In this document: positions 26,540-40,715 of the stretch, piece after piece | Layout of the letters: every line of letters begins with the position of its first letter | How positions within the stretch are numbered: position 1 is the stretch's first letter | Assembly (NCBI GenBank): GCA_964016885.1 | Contig: OZ024746.1 | Location: forward strand, 90,892,001 to 90,956,000 | DNA length: 64,000 nucleotides | Source of the DNA: Eledone cirrhosa | Lineage: Eukaryota | Direction: 5' to 3' | Notes under the pieces: generated by a model | Databases searched by the model: none | The model's input: the letters and a program-made list of their open reading frames with translations, nothing else | Told to the model about the DNA's origin: nothing | Made by a program: the position numbers and the translations under genes

Positions 26540-27225
26540 ACGCGCATACACAGACACATTTACAAAAACACACATTCATTCACACAAACACACACGTGCA
26601 CACAAACACACACATGTACAGTCACATAAACACACACATACATTCACACAAACACACACATTCATTCACACAAACACACACGTGCATTCACACAAACACA
26701 CACATGTACAGTCACATAAACACACACATACATTCACACAAACACACATACATTCACACAAACACACACACATACATTCACACAAACACACACATACATT
26801 CACACAAACACACACATACATTCACACAAACACACACATACATTCACACAAACACACACACATACATTCACACAAACACACACATACATTCACACAAATA
26901 CATTCACACAAACACACACAAATACATTCACATACACACACACATACATTTACACAAACACACACACACACATACACTCACACACACACACACGTACATT
27001 CACACAAACACACACACATACACACACAAACACCCACAAACACATGTACATTCACACAAACACACACATACACTCACACAAACAACACATACACTCACAC
27101 AAACGCACAAATACATTCACACAAACACACACACGTACATTCACACAAACACACACACGTACATTCACACAAACACACACACATACATTTACACAAACTC
27201 CCACATTCACATACTCACACACAGC
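26540..27225. repeat. CA-rich minisatellite (ACATACATTCACACAAACACACAC-like unit)
   Basis: Direct inspection. Confidence 0.9.
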
Positions 27226-27500
27226 GTAGTTTTCTCACCGTCCCCTTCCTTCCATTTACACACACATACATTCATGCAGGTAGCAGATGTAAAGAGAGAG
27301 GAGTAGTATGAGGTAGTCAAACTACTCCTCTCTCTTTATGTGTTGTGACAGAATCGTAGAAATTTATATATAGATGTATGTATGATTTATGTATGTATGT
27401 ATGTATGTATGTATGTATGTATGTATGTATGTATGTATGTATGTTATGTCAGGCCGATTTTCAGCGCTACTGGTAACATGTAATCCAGTACAACCTGTAC

Positions 27501-27900
27501 ATGGTCGGGCCGTTGGCGACTAAACCGGCAACCACACCAAGCTTGCTTGTTGAGGAGAGTGATTTTGGACACACAGGCGGATGAAAAATAAAAACCGTCA
27601 AAGGCCGGAGTAACTCAGGAGAGTCAACGGCCATCCAATGAAGTTTTTTTTTTTATTTTTATTTGTGGAGTGAGAGACTCCTAGACTTGATTAAGACATC
27701 TCTCTAGGTCACTCTGATATAAAACCTGCGACATCATTTGCATCCAATGATGTAAACCAGTTCTTTTCGGGTAAAAGCATTCGATATTCAGAGAGTGGGA
27801 TCGGCTCCGTGCAAAGCCTTTCCTCACTTTAAAAAGCTTCAAGTAAAAGCATCGCTTGATATGTGACATTTATTTGCATCTCACACAAGCCCCAGCGCTT
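27501..27900 (+). mobile_element. Second copy of the RTE 5'-UTR-like element
   Basis: Same 5' start ATGGTCGGG(C/T)CGTTGGCGACTAAAC as 23605. Confidence 0.55.
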
Positions 27901-28059
27901 CCCGAGGAATAAGAGACAAGACAAAACAATAATTTATATCAATTAAGCTATACAGAATTTTATGTGACGTCAGGGAGAAGGTAGTGATTTTATAGCAACG
28001 AAAGTCTCGTGAGACTGAAACAAAAGAAAGTAAAAAAGAAAAAGGAAGGAGGAAGAAAG

Positions 28060-29105
28060 TAAGATATTGTGTTAATAATTGGGGGGGGGGGGGGTCGTCA
28101 GAGATTAGGAATGATAAGGAAGTATGTTTATGGAATATATCATGTAAATACAGTTTAATAGAAAAAGAAAAAAAGATTGAGAAGAAAGAATGGAATGTAA
28201 AATAGGAAAATATAAAGAAAAGGAAAAAAACGGAAAAGGGAGAGACAGGCAAGGACTCTAGTGTCACTGAAGAATGGGGAGCGGGAGGGTGATTAGGCTT
28301 TGGGCCTAGAGCGCGGCGGTAAAGGGACTGCACCCCGCGGACAAGACCACAAAAGCATTCCCGCTGACAACAGCCAGCGACACCCGCTGCAACAACCACC
28401 CCACCTCGTGGGGCTCCTTCCTCAAATGGGCCGTCGACGTCCCGATTTTGCGGAGGAGTTCGGCAGTACGGGGTCCAAGTACGCCTGAGGTCTCTACGGT
28501 GACCGGTGCGAAGGGGAAACGGCCGGACAATCCCCGGTATTTGTTTATCTTCCTTTCCTCTATATAGCGGGCTGTGGTACCGGGGTTTGTGGCCGAAGTG
28601 ACTAAGTCGGAGGCAGAGGACGTGTCATAACATGTGGCGTCCCAGATGAGGGTGATACCATGGGGACGCTTGCCGTCTCCGCGGTCAAGGCCTGTTGGTT
28701 CCAGTTGTGATGGAAAGCCAGCTGCATCCAAGTTGCTTTTCAATATGTCGTTGAGAGCGGCATGTCGGGGGAACCGGCCTGCGCTCTGGCGGCAAGACAG
28801 TGGGTGCAGGCCGAACATGTCAACGACCGCCCCGCAACGACATTTATGTGGCTCACGTACGCTGAGGCCGAGTCGTTGGGCTACTCCGATGCGAATGCAG
28901 TCGTTATGAAGAAGAGTACCGGTTGATGAAGAGGGCACCAAATTGAGCCACGCGTCGCTGTTGGGCTGAGAAGCGGAGCGGAGGCAGGCGAGGCGGTGTT
29001 GGTCCAAGCCAGACTCGATCCGCCTGACAGAAGACCTGCAATTGATGTCGCCCCAGTTAGGTTGGACCGTTGTATACTGAGGAACACAAAGGCCCTCACC
29101 TGTCC
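28060..29105 (-). mobile_element. 5'-truncated CRE-clade retrotransposon (CCHC knuckle plus RLE), inactive
   Basis: ORF 28306-29007: AWL..VP...G..L...RLG..CRCG...D.FG.HPLSC....GR..RHAALND..LEP.GL.R.DGKRP(H)G..WDATC.DT...K..KY...F.P..VETSG..G...LLQRVSLA...GNA; expected catalytic PD reads PH. Confidence 0.85.
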
Positions 29106-29241
29106 AGTCGGCCAGAGCCTCTACTTCGTAAAGTTAACAAACGGAAGACAACAAAAACACGGCAAAAGGAAAGAAATATTGGACAAAATTTTTTTTGAAA
29201 ATAAAAAATAGTGACGAATGTATTTGTTTGTTGTGTTGGTA

Positions 29242-29274
<33 letters not shown>

Positions 29275-29849
29275 GTGTGTGTAAGTTTGTATGTGTGTGT
29301 ATTGATACACCAGTCTAAGTACACATTACATCTTGTATATATATATATATAAAAAAACACGACCATCCAATTATCTCTATGCACACATACACATATACAC
29401 TCTATCTCTCCCTTTCTTTTCTCTGTCCCTCTCTTTTCTCTCCCCTTCTCTTTCTCTTTCTTTCTCTCTTTTCTCTCTCCCCTCTCTCTCTTTTCTCTCT
29501 CCTCTTCTTTATCCCTCTCTCTCTCACTTTTCTCTCTCCCCCTCTCTATCTCTCTCTCCTTCTTTTCTCTCTCCTCGTCGCTCTTCCCCTCTCTCTATCT
29601 CTCTCCCTTCTCTCTCTTTTCTCTCTCCCCCTCTCTATCCCTCTCTCTCTTTCACTTTTCTCTCCCTCTCTCTCACTAACTCTGTTATCTCTCTCACCTT
29701 TCGCCTCATCCCCTCCCTCTCTTTGTTCCTCTAACAATCACAGCAGCCATTGCTATAAGACATTAGCGTCTATTCCTCCACTCGATAATGTCCAGTGTAA
29801 TATTTCACTGTTTACTTCTAACTATAATCTTAATCCTTCCTAAACATGT

Positions 29850-30200
29850 TTCTGTTTATAGTAAGATAAACAAATCCCGGGGATTTTCCGACCCCTTCTT
29901 CTTCGCACCGGTCGCCGTGGAGACCTCAGGCGTATTTGGACACCGTACTGTCGAGCTCCTCTGCAAGATCGGAACGTCGTCGGCCGCCCGTCTGGGGAAT
30001 GAGGTCCGCGATGTGGGGTGGCTGTTGCAGCGGACGTCGCTGGCCATTGTCCGCGAGAATGCTTTTGCAGCCCCATTATCACCAAGACCCATAGCCCAAT
30101 CACACTCATCCTCCCCCACCCCATTCTTCTGTGACACTAGAACCTTTCCCTTCCGTTTTTTTTTTATGTTTACATTATCTTTCACTCATTTAATAAATAA
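29850..30200 (+). mobile_element. CRE-clade 3' fragment
   Basis: KINKSRG.SD.F.FAPVAVETSGVFG..T.ELL.KIG...GWLLQRTSLAIVRENA. Confidence 0.75.
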
Positions 30201-30739
30201 AACCACAAAATCCCTGCAAACCCATTATTTGGATGTTTTGGGAAATAGAAAGATTTGATATAATATTGAATCTGACAAGATTGTTATTCAATTTTTTTTA
30301 GAGCAGGAAATTCAGGACCTCCGAGACAAAGTGTAGAACTGGCCTTGACACTTGCAGCCGGATGGATTCATTAAAGCCACCCCAAGGGCCAGATGGCTGA
30401 AATAAACCTAGCAATAGCCAACTATGGAATTTGAATTTAAAACGGAACAATCAGGAATTAATATTGCATCTTTTTTACCCTAGAAAGGATGTAAAACAAA
30501 GTTTACCTCGTTGGGATTAGAACTCAGAGCGGAATGACTGCCATAAATAATTTTATCCTACACTCTAACGACTTTGCTAATTGTGAAATGCATATCTTTC
30601 ATAAAGCCTTCCCAACACTATAAAGCTCTTTAGCCTGATTTTTGGTGGTTGAAAAGAGTGGTCTACTCAAAGCACGTCCCATCAAATTTCATTTCATTAA
30701 GCTTAAACTGCTACAAGCTGGGAAACTCTGCATTGCTGT

Positions 30740-31035
30740 TATTAACTGATAGGTTTGTGATTGAGCCTGTGGCATTGGAGACTTCCAGTGTTCTTGACCT
30801 CCCCTGGACTACAGCCCTACTCACAGCTATCGGGGCGGAGTTGGCTACCCGCAGATGTGAGCCCTGCGAGGTGGAGCGGTTCTTCCAGTGCGTTTTCTTC
30901 ATCATCCCCCGGGGTAATGTCTTCTCTAACCTGTCGGCCGGGATTACGAGGTGGACTGACCCTTAAGTTTCATTTATGATTGTGGCGTGTGGATTTGATT
31001 AACTTCCATAAGCCTACATTGTATAATAAATAAAT
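30740..31035 (+). mobile_element. Diverged CRE-clade 3' fragment
   Basis: LTDRFVIEPVALETS.VL...ALL.AIG..L..R..EP.E...FFQ....I.RGNVFS. Confidence 0.6.
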
Positions 31036-32135
31036 CACTCTGACAAAAGAAGTGACCCTACCATCGTGCAATCAGCAGACGAGAACAATATTTAGTGTTC
31101 ATCTTTTCTGCTAGCGTTTCTGTTATTGTCCAGGCTAAAATAGAACAGAACTTGCAAAGCCAGTTTTGAAAAGTAACATTTTAATTCTGTTACTGAGTAA
31201 ACAATTCGAAATAATGTGAAATTTCGCGTGCTGCTTACGTCTTTGTCTTAAAAGCATTCCTACTGTTTGCAATGTCACATCCAAGGCAATAAAAGTCTAT
31301 AACATATTGATTGTGGGGTTCAACGACATTACTTTGCTTTCTAATTCATTGATTTTTGGAACCACTTTCACAGATGTAGTTTAAAAAAAAAATCTTGTCA
31401 GTTGTGTTTGAGCTGCCAAAAGGTTATCACTTTACTACTAGAGATCTGCAGGATAGCCTTCTTTTGACAGAATATATATATATTCGTCGAATAGAAATAT
31501 ACGCAGTATATAATACAAAACATTTATGAAATGTTAAGGTGTAAGTCGGCGGAAGAATGTCTTTGTAGCTAATACATTAATTTGGAAACCATGGGTTATC
31601 GGGTTCGAGCCTGCTGCAAGATATTTCTACTATAGCGACAACGACCCTTATATGTAGTAGTTTAGCTCGGAGTCAGCAGCCCTGATCACTGAAATCCAGA
31701 CTCAGAGGTTTTCCAGTCGTCACTATTTTCTATTTCAGATTTAGTATGTATAGGCATTATCTGAGTTAGGTTGCTGTTTCTTGCAGGTCAAGCCACCAAT
31801 GATGTACTAACCTACTAGCAAGAGTAACATTTGCTACAACATTTTGCATTTTCAAGTTCCCAGCACCAAGGGCTGTATACAACAACACTATATTGTCTTT
31901 AATCTTTATGTTCCATTTTTTTAAACATGTAAAGCCCCTTTGTAATATATGTTATAGCCTCCACGGTAACATAATCCTTCACTGAAGGCGACTACACCAA
32001 AGTGCCCCACATTTGTTTGTAGAAAAAGTAGTGTGAATGTGTATTAAAAGGGACCTCTTTTGCAAATATGAAGTCATGGGAAAAGGTATAGGAATATGCA
32101 TGTATGTATATCTATATACACACACACACATACAT

Positions 32136-32166
<31 letters not shown>

Positions 32167-32222
32167 CATATATATCTATACATATATATATATTTACACA
32201 CACATATATATATATATATATA

Positions 32223-32294
<72 letters not shown>

Positions 32295-32418
32295 ACAATA
32301 CACCTTCAGAAAGAAAAACTATTTACCTATCTATATCGTGGAAACTATGAAATAACGATGTTAACTCTCGGTGTATTGATTTTGAACGAGAAAACTGTTT
32401 GAGGACAAAGATAGATCG

Positions 32419-33558
<1,140 letters not shown>

Positions 33559-33596
33559 ATATATATTTTATATATATATATATATGTACATATAGC

Positions 33597-33629
<33 letters not shown>

Positions 33630-34609
33630 GGGGAGAGAAGTGGTGTATAAATAGATATAAAGAGAAAGAGGGGGTGAAGGGGGAGGAGAAAGAGTGAGAA
33701 AGAGAGGAGGGAGAGGAGGAGGAAAAGGAGAAAGAAGTGGTGTATCGATTTAGTTCATCGATAAAGCAATAGTTTCTCGGGCGAACTAAAATCAAGTTCA
33801 AATCTAATCGGAGCCAAAATTAATTTTCTTCAGTTGTTTAATGTCTGTTAAAGACATTGAGTGGAAGTCCTTGTAAAGGAATAAAAACTGTCTCGTCTTG
33901 CTGTCACTTTGTCCCTATATAGTAGACCGACAAATCAAGCTAATTAATAGAAAGATAGAAATATAGAAATAAGTTCTTTGTCCTTTTCTATCTCCGCTTA
34001 AACGTTCTTAAATTCTTTTTCTTTTTTTTTTTGTCTTCTTTGGTAATGACGATAGAAGGACTCGCCTATTATGTTTTGGTACTTGTATCTCCTTGAATAT
34101 ATATCTGTCTGGTGAAAATCGTCAAGAGAGGAGAAAGACCAAAGCAAAGTAAATAAAGTTGTAGAAGGATTTCCGCGTCTATCATGTGGTTTATGAGAAT
34201 TTAATGTCAGCGACTGTTTGGTAAAGCCATACAACAGTATAGTTTGAAAAACAATCAACAGCCGATCATCCAACTCTGTCCGACATCGTCCGCCATTTTG
34301 CAATCACCGCACTTTTCGAGGAGAGTTTTATTTCAATGAAAATCATTGCTTTTAGTTTATTGTACTACTTTCCAATTTCAGTTTGTCGTTATTGTTGTTG
34401 TTGTTATTGTGGTGGTGGTGATTGTTGTTGTTGTTATTGTTGTTGTGGTGGTGGTGGTGGTTGCTGTTGTTGTTGTGGTGGTGGAGCTGCTCTTGTCGTT
34501 GTTGGCGTTGCTGTTGTGGGGGGAGGGTTATGGTGGTGGTGGTATCTTTGTTTCTGCCGTCGTTTTATTTTCTTATATTTCTACATTTTTCTATTTTTTG
34601 TCCTTTTAT

Positions 34610-34984
<375 letters not shown>

Positions 34985-35439
34985 GTGTGTGTATGTATAT
35001 ATATTGAGGTATAGGGCTGAAAAAAAAACGTCATTTTGATATATTGCTCCTAACAACGGGGAACGATTTCGAAAGCACCTGCATACCGAAATATGGCTTT
35101 CTCAAGATTCTGTCATTTGTGTATCGAGGAGATTTTTATATAATTAACTGTCAAAATTCTATTAATCTTAAAACAGAATTATTTTCTAGTTGCAGACATC
35201 GCCAAAATTCCACTTTCAGAAGTATTTTTGATTTATGATATTCATTACACTTGACTATATCTTATACACCTTTAAAATGATCCTATTTACTGAAAATTTC
35301 AATTTTTTAAATGATCTTCCTTCTTAATTTTAATATTTTTACCATTTGACATTATTTTCTATATATATAATATTCTATTCTAAGTTGAGCCAACTTCATA
35401 TGTAAATGAGATTAATTACCTCATTTGCAGAGAAAACTA

Positions 35440-35835
35440 CATATTCTCGCCTGTTTCCAAAGTCCAGCAGTTGAGTCATCGAGTCATTTGAGGTCAGCTC
35501 TGACAACCTCTACCCAGGTCTTTCTAGGTCTACCTCTACTGTGGCTTCCTTCCACTGGCATTTCCTGGCAATTCTTCACCCAGCGATCATTGTCCATGCA
35601 TATCAAATACCAACACCAACACAATCGTCTCTCCTGCACACTACTACGAATTCCTTTTAAACCCAACTTCTCCCCCAACTCGTCCAAGCTCTGCCTCTCA
35701 CATTTACATTGCACATCCAATGGAGTATGGTTGCTTCATTTCTCTCCAGCCTACACACGTCCTCTGCAGTCACAGCCCATGTTTCACTACACCATGCAGC
35801 ATCGCACTTCGCATACAGTCTTGCTTTTGTATGTA
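35440..35835 (-). mobile_element. RTE-clade LINE 3' fragment
   Basis: SETWA.T....RLERNE...L.WMC....ELGEKLG...I....QERRL.W.....M....WVK.......EG...RGRPRKTW.EVV..DL. Confidence 0.85.
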
Positions 35836-35868
35836 CATCCGGACAGCTGTATATGTATGTATATGAAC

Positions 35869-35929
<61 letters not shown>

Positions 35930-36422
35930 TGTGTGTGTGTGTGTGTGCGAGTGTGCGAGTGTAACCGTGTGTCTGTGTAGAGAGACAAAAATAAATAGGC
36001 AAAGAGATAGATAGATAGATAAGTACATGCACACCCATTCTTATGTCTATACACACTCATAGATGCACACACACACATACACGCACATACATACATACAC
36101 ATGTACATGCTCATATACACACGCATATCCATACGTACACATAGATACTTACATACATGTATTCATATACACATATATACTTATATACACACGTACACAT
36201 ATGTATACATATACATACAAGTTCATACAAGCATAAACATATGCCTATACAGATATATAGGCATACATACATGCATATATACATACTTATGTACACATGC
36301 ATACATATATACACACATATGTATATATACATACATATATACATACAGACAGACAGAGAGATGACAAACATACATACATACATACATACATACATACATA
36401 CATACATACATACATACATACA

Positions 36423-36454
<32 letters not shown>

Positions 36455-37426
36455 CACACATATTGATTTAAATAACATCGGAACGTTTCATTTTGAATTA
36501 GTAAATATGGCAGCTGATATCGGAGAGGTATTTTACGGTGTTGGTCGTATTGAAACACTTATAAGTTGTCCACCATCTTGTCTGCGCTGACTCAACATAT
36601 AAATTGACTTTTCCACATATAAATACAGAATTTTTCATATTTCGCTGGCTTCCTATCTTCAATTACTTTATTTATTTATTTATAGTTTGGAAAATTGTAT
36701 TTGTTTCAATTTTATCATGTAGCGGCTTCAAGAACATGACATACAAGCAAAACTAGATAGGATTTCCCTATATAATGTATCTATGGCTTTGCTTAAATCA
36801 AAAATCGTATGTAATAACATCATTGCAAAAATATATATCACTTGTCACGGAATGATTAAACTGAAAAAAAAAACTTTAGCTGTGACTGATACTTCCCTGT
36901 TCTGCTCGAAAGGAAGTGAATGTAACATTTGATGATTGATAAATAAATAAAGAAATCAATAAATAAGCAAACAAACAAGGAAGCTAACAAACAAGTAAAT
37001 GAATGCAGCTATCGACAACTTTATTGGTAAGCATATTGGCAATGAAAAGAGTAGTGATATCAAAGTAATGAACTAACTATATAAGATAGAAGGACAGGAA
37101 AAGAAAGATGGTGTCGTAGATGAGAGAACGTCTGAATCATGTGTAGGAGCAGAAAACGGGGTGTAAATTATGTAGCGGGATATTAAAAGGAATATGAGGA
37201 GAAGAAATAGAAAAACAGAGAGAAAAATATTTCCGAGACTGTGCTTGCCACTACACAGTCTATAACACCATACAGACCTCTCCACCACGTCTGAATTATG
37301 TAGAAGAATGTGGCTTAAACTGTGTAGAGGGACTTTAAACAGAATGGGAACAGAAGAAAAAGCAAAGAGAGAGAAATTACTAAGACCGTATTTTCCACAA
37401 CACAACCCACACTCACCCCCGCTATG

Positions 37427-37630
37427 GTTTCTAATTTAGACACAAGAAGAACAATTGGGAACGAGGAAGTCGGTTAAATCGATCTCAATGTATTACTGGT
37501 ACTTTATTTTATCGACCCCGTAAGGATGAAAGGCAAATCTAACCTCGGTGGAATTTGAATTCAGAACGTAAAGGGGTGAAACTATATGCCACAAAGTATG
37601 GTATCCGACGCCCCACCGATACTCCTCCAC
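37427..37630 (-). mobile_element. SINE family A
   Basis: Reverse complement of the family A sequence. Confidence 0.75.
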
Positions 37631-37979
37631 CCCCCACCCGCCCTTCACCCTCTTTAACATCAGACGTATCTCTCCACCATTTCCGATATCTCCACTACGC
37701 TACTACGTGGTAGCTATCTTTAGGTATTCATTTATTGGTCGAAATTATTATACAAATGTATATAAACCTATGATTATTTTAAAAGATCAGTACTGCGCCT
37801 ATCTGAGGTTTGCGCCATAGGTAGCTGACTAGTCGGTCGTAATAGTAGTGCCGTCCATGATGACAAGACAAATGCGTCAGAAAACATATCTGAAATGAGC
37901 CAACAAGAGAACCACAACCTAGTCGCTCAGTCTGACTGATATAACAGACAAATATTGTCTCAAATTATATCATCTACCT

Positions 37980-38143
37980 CAGCCGTGGACAAATTGCGGC
38001 CCGTACTGCGCATGCGGCCCGTTTGGCTTCATGAATGACGCCTAATTTCAAGATTGCCTTGTATTTTATAGTAGTGTGGCCCGACTTATGATGAGCTGCA
38101 TCCTATGCAGGTCACTACTAAAAAAAAAGGCTTCCCATGCCTG
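37980..38143. mobile_element. hAT (Charlie-like) MITE
   Basis: Ends CAGCCGTGGACAA...TTCCCATGCCTG, internal GCGGCCCG motifs, 8-bp TSD ATCTACCT/GTCTACCT. Confidence 0.7.
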
Positions 38144-38622
38144 GTCTACCTTCCCCTCAGTCTTTCTATCTTCCACTCCTTTCTTTCACATAGTAATGAC
38201 CGCTGTCGCAGCTCCTGATCTGCACCAGCTATATACCTTTCAACTGCCGAGTTAAAATCGCCGATTCACCTACATTTTGCAACAGTAGAGAGAAATGAAT
38301 ACGAAAAAAGAAAAAAAAAAAATGCTGAGTCAGAAATATGGTTGTCGATAGAATGGCAGCCATGTTGGCAGTACAGAACACGTAGCGTTGAACTGTCAGA
38401 TTAGCGACAATTATCAGAAAATGTCGGCTGAGACAGAAAAGATAATTTTACAAAAGATTGTCTCTCGCCTGTTTTCTGAAGACAGAAAAATAATCGATAG
38501 AAGAATCAAAAACTATTTTGTTCAAATTATCGATAATTTTATTTATATATATTTCAAGATATGTGAGAGTATATGTGCATATGTATGCAAGTGAATACAT
38601 ATATACATACATAAATACATAC

Positions 38623-38675
<53 letters not shown>

Positions 38676-38805
38676 GAGGTTATATTTAATTTGTTGGGAT
38701 ACAACAAGCAAAATATTTTTATAACTGATATAAAGCACTCAACAAATTATTGGAGTAAATATACAATATATTAACAAATGGAAACTATATTTATAAAACC
38801 ATATT

Positions 38806-38871
38806 TATTTCATTATACATATTTCAAGGGCCACCAGAGCAAACTATGGTGCGCTTTCATCAGATAAAATA
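38806..38871 (-). ncRNA. Type I hammerhead ribozyme (mirror copy)
   Basis: Reverse complement of 39041-39106. Confidence 0.8.
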
Positions 38872-39040
38872 TAATATAGGCTAGTTTTATAAATAAATAT
38901 TGACATACCCTTAAAAAATGCAACCATTCTGGTTGGAATCTCTCTGGTTGGAATCTCCTGACTATCCAGGAGATTCCAACCAGAATGGTTGCATTTTTTA
39001 AGGGTATGTCAATATTTATTTATAAAACTAACCTATATTA

Positions 39041-39106
39041 TATTTTATCTGATGAAAGCGCACCATAGTTTGCTCTGGTGGCCCTTGAAATATGTATAAT
39101 GAAATA
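39041..39106 (+). ncRNA. Type I hammerhead ribozyme
   Basis: TATTTTAT CTGATGA AAGCGCACCA..TGGTGGCCCTT GAAA TATGTA TA ATGAAATA. Confidence 0.8.
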
Positions 39107-39146
39107 AATATGGTTTTATAAATATAGTTTCCATTTGTTAATATAT

Positions 39147-39191
<45 letters not shown>

Positions 39192-39196
39192 CAGTC

Positions 39197-39247
39197 AGCT
39201 TCCTGATAATTTCTCACGAATGAAACAGTTCTAGTCCTGTAGAAGCT
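39197..39247 (+). ncRNA. Compact type I hammerhead with G8>A core change
   Basis: AGCTTC CTGATAA TTTC tcac GAAT GAAA CAG ttctagtc CTG TA GAAGCT; 6-bp stem I, 4-bp stem III. Confidence 0.7.
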
Positions 39248-39271
39248 TTTCTATATTAATATATATATATA

Positions 39272-39716
39272 TTTATAAATAAAATAACAGGAGGCTGGAC
39301 TGGTGTAAATCCTTGAAAAGTTTATTATGCCATGATCATTTCAATGATCGGATTCCGTATGAGGTCGTATGAGGGCGACTGACCAAGGTGAAAGCAGCTA
39401 GTTGGTCAGTCGTACTCTCTGTCGTCCTCTCGGACCCATGGATTTTATATATTCCTTTGTTATATTTCGAATACCTGATGATATCACCGGATTCATACGG
39501 AACCCGGTCATTGAAATGATCATGGCATAATAAACTTTTCAAGGATTTACACCAGTCCAGCCTCCTGTTATTTTATTTATAATAATTAATTCCGTATTAG
39601 AACCACCAACTACACAAACGAAGACGCGTGAACTGCACTACGTTGAGTACTCTCCATAATATTACATCAAGATTGACCATACGGAATGACCAGTTCTATC
39701 CAGTGGTGAACCTAAA
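39272..39716. mobile_element. Fold-back HHR element (family H2), copy A
   Basis: Arms ~39273-39362/39493-39582 plus extension to 39716; HHR at 39471-39528. Confidence 0.8.
39471..39528 (+). ncRNA. Hammerhead ribozyme with cleavage triplet mutated (H17=G)
   Basis: ATAC CTGATGA T ATCACCGG..CCGGTCAT T GAAA TGATCA TG GCAT. Confidence 0.65.
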
Positions 39717-39875
39717 TATATATATATATATATATAACAAAGAAAGTGTGGTAAGATACCAGGTAGACGCTCCAGAGTACTTGATACTTAGGGTAATAGA
39801 GTGGGTAATATGAACAGATTCAGGACCCCGATGGCTGAGCTCCGGCCGTTTCGACAGCTATAGCTGAATCTTTCC

Positions 39876-39902
<27 letters not shown>

Positions 39903-39906
<4 letters not shown>

Positions 39907-40010
39907 GCGACTCCTCCCACACACGCATATGAATATATATGATGTGTTTGTATGAGTAATATGCAAACACATCATATATATTCATATGTGTGGGAGGAGT
40001 CGCTATATAT
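39903..40010. repeat. Short palindrome; one arm recurs at 41234-41290
   Basis: ATAGCGACTCCTCCCACAC...GTGTGGGAGGAGTCGCTAT. Confidence 0.85.
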
Positions 40011-40154
40011 ATTAAATTGTTAAACAATATTCAATGATTATGTCAAAGAATGAGTTTTACAGTAGATTGGAAGCACTCAACGGAAAAAATATTTTTCTGG
40101 AGTTATTAATATTAAAATATAAGTATTAATAAAATAGATGTTCTTTTGATCAAT

Positions 40155-40213
40155 TACATTTTATTATACATATTTCGGATGTACAACAGTACGTCCTCAT
40201 CAGACAAAATATA
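40155..40213 (-). ncRNA. Type I hammerhead ribozyme (mirror copy)
   Basis: Exact reverse complement of 40311-40369. Confidence 0.85.
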
Positions 40214-40310
40214 ATGATACATGACATACCCTGAGATGTTAAATGGTTAAGATTTAATTTTGACCATTAAATCTTAACCATTTAACATCTCAGGGTATGT
40301 CACGTGTCCT

Positions 40311-40369
40311 TATATTTTGTCTGATGAGGACGTACTGTTGTACATCCGAAATATGTATAATAAAATGTA
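40311..40369 (+). ncRNA. Type I hammerhead ribozyme, intact core
   Basis: TATATTTTGT CTGATGA GGAcGTAC tgtt GTACaTCC GAAA TATGTA TA ATAAAATGTA; 10-bp stem I. Confidence 0.9.
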
Positions 40370-40715
40370 ATTGATCAAAAGAACATCTATTTTATTAATA
40401 CTTATATTTATATATATATATATATATATATGGGAAAAGATTCAGCTATAGCTGTCGAAACGGCCGGAGCTCAGCCGTCGGGGTCCTGAATCTTTTCCTA
40501 TATATATATATATATATATATCTTAAGGTTTGTTGGTTCACCACTGGATAGAACTGGTCATTCCGTATGGTCAATCCTGGTGTAATATTGTGAAGAGTAC
40601 TCAACGCAGTGCAGTTCACCCATCTTCGTTTGTGTAGTTGGTGGTGCGAATACGGAGTTAATTATAAATGAAATAACAGGAGGCTGGACTGGTGTAAATC
40701 CTTGAAAGGTTTATT

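Larger units (their letters stand above)
38672..39150. mobile_element. Fold-back HHR element (family H1) in (TA)n
   Basis: Arms ~38763-38960/38967-39149 near-identical, plus a ~90-bp single-copy extension; an HHR in each arm. Confidence 0.85.
40011..40410. mobile_element. Fold-back HHR element (family H1-related)
   Basis: Arms 40114-40258/40266-40409 plus ~100-bp extension containing AAGCACTCAAC..GGAGT shared with 38733-38756. Confidence 0.85.

Noticed and set aside
37073-37405. CR1-like LINE 3' fragment
   Set aside because: Too degenerate to assign by eye
38388-38594. First coding exon MSAETEKIILQK...
   Set aside because: No recognisable homology, weak donor, runs into microsatellite
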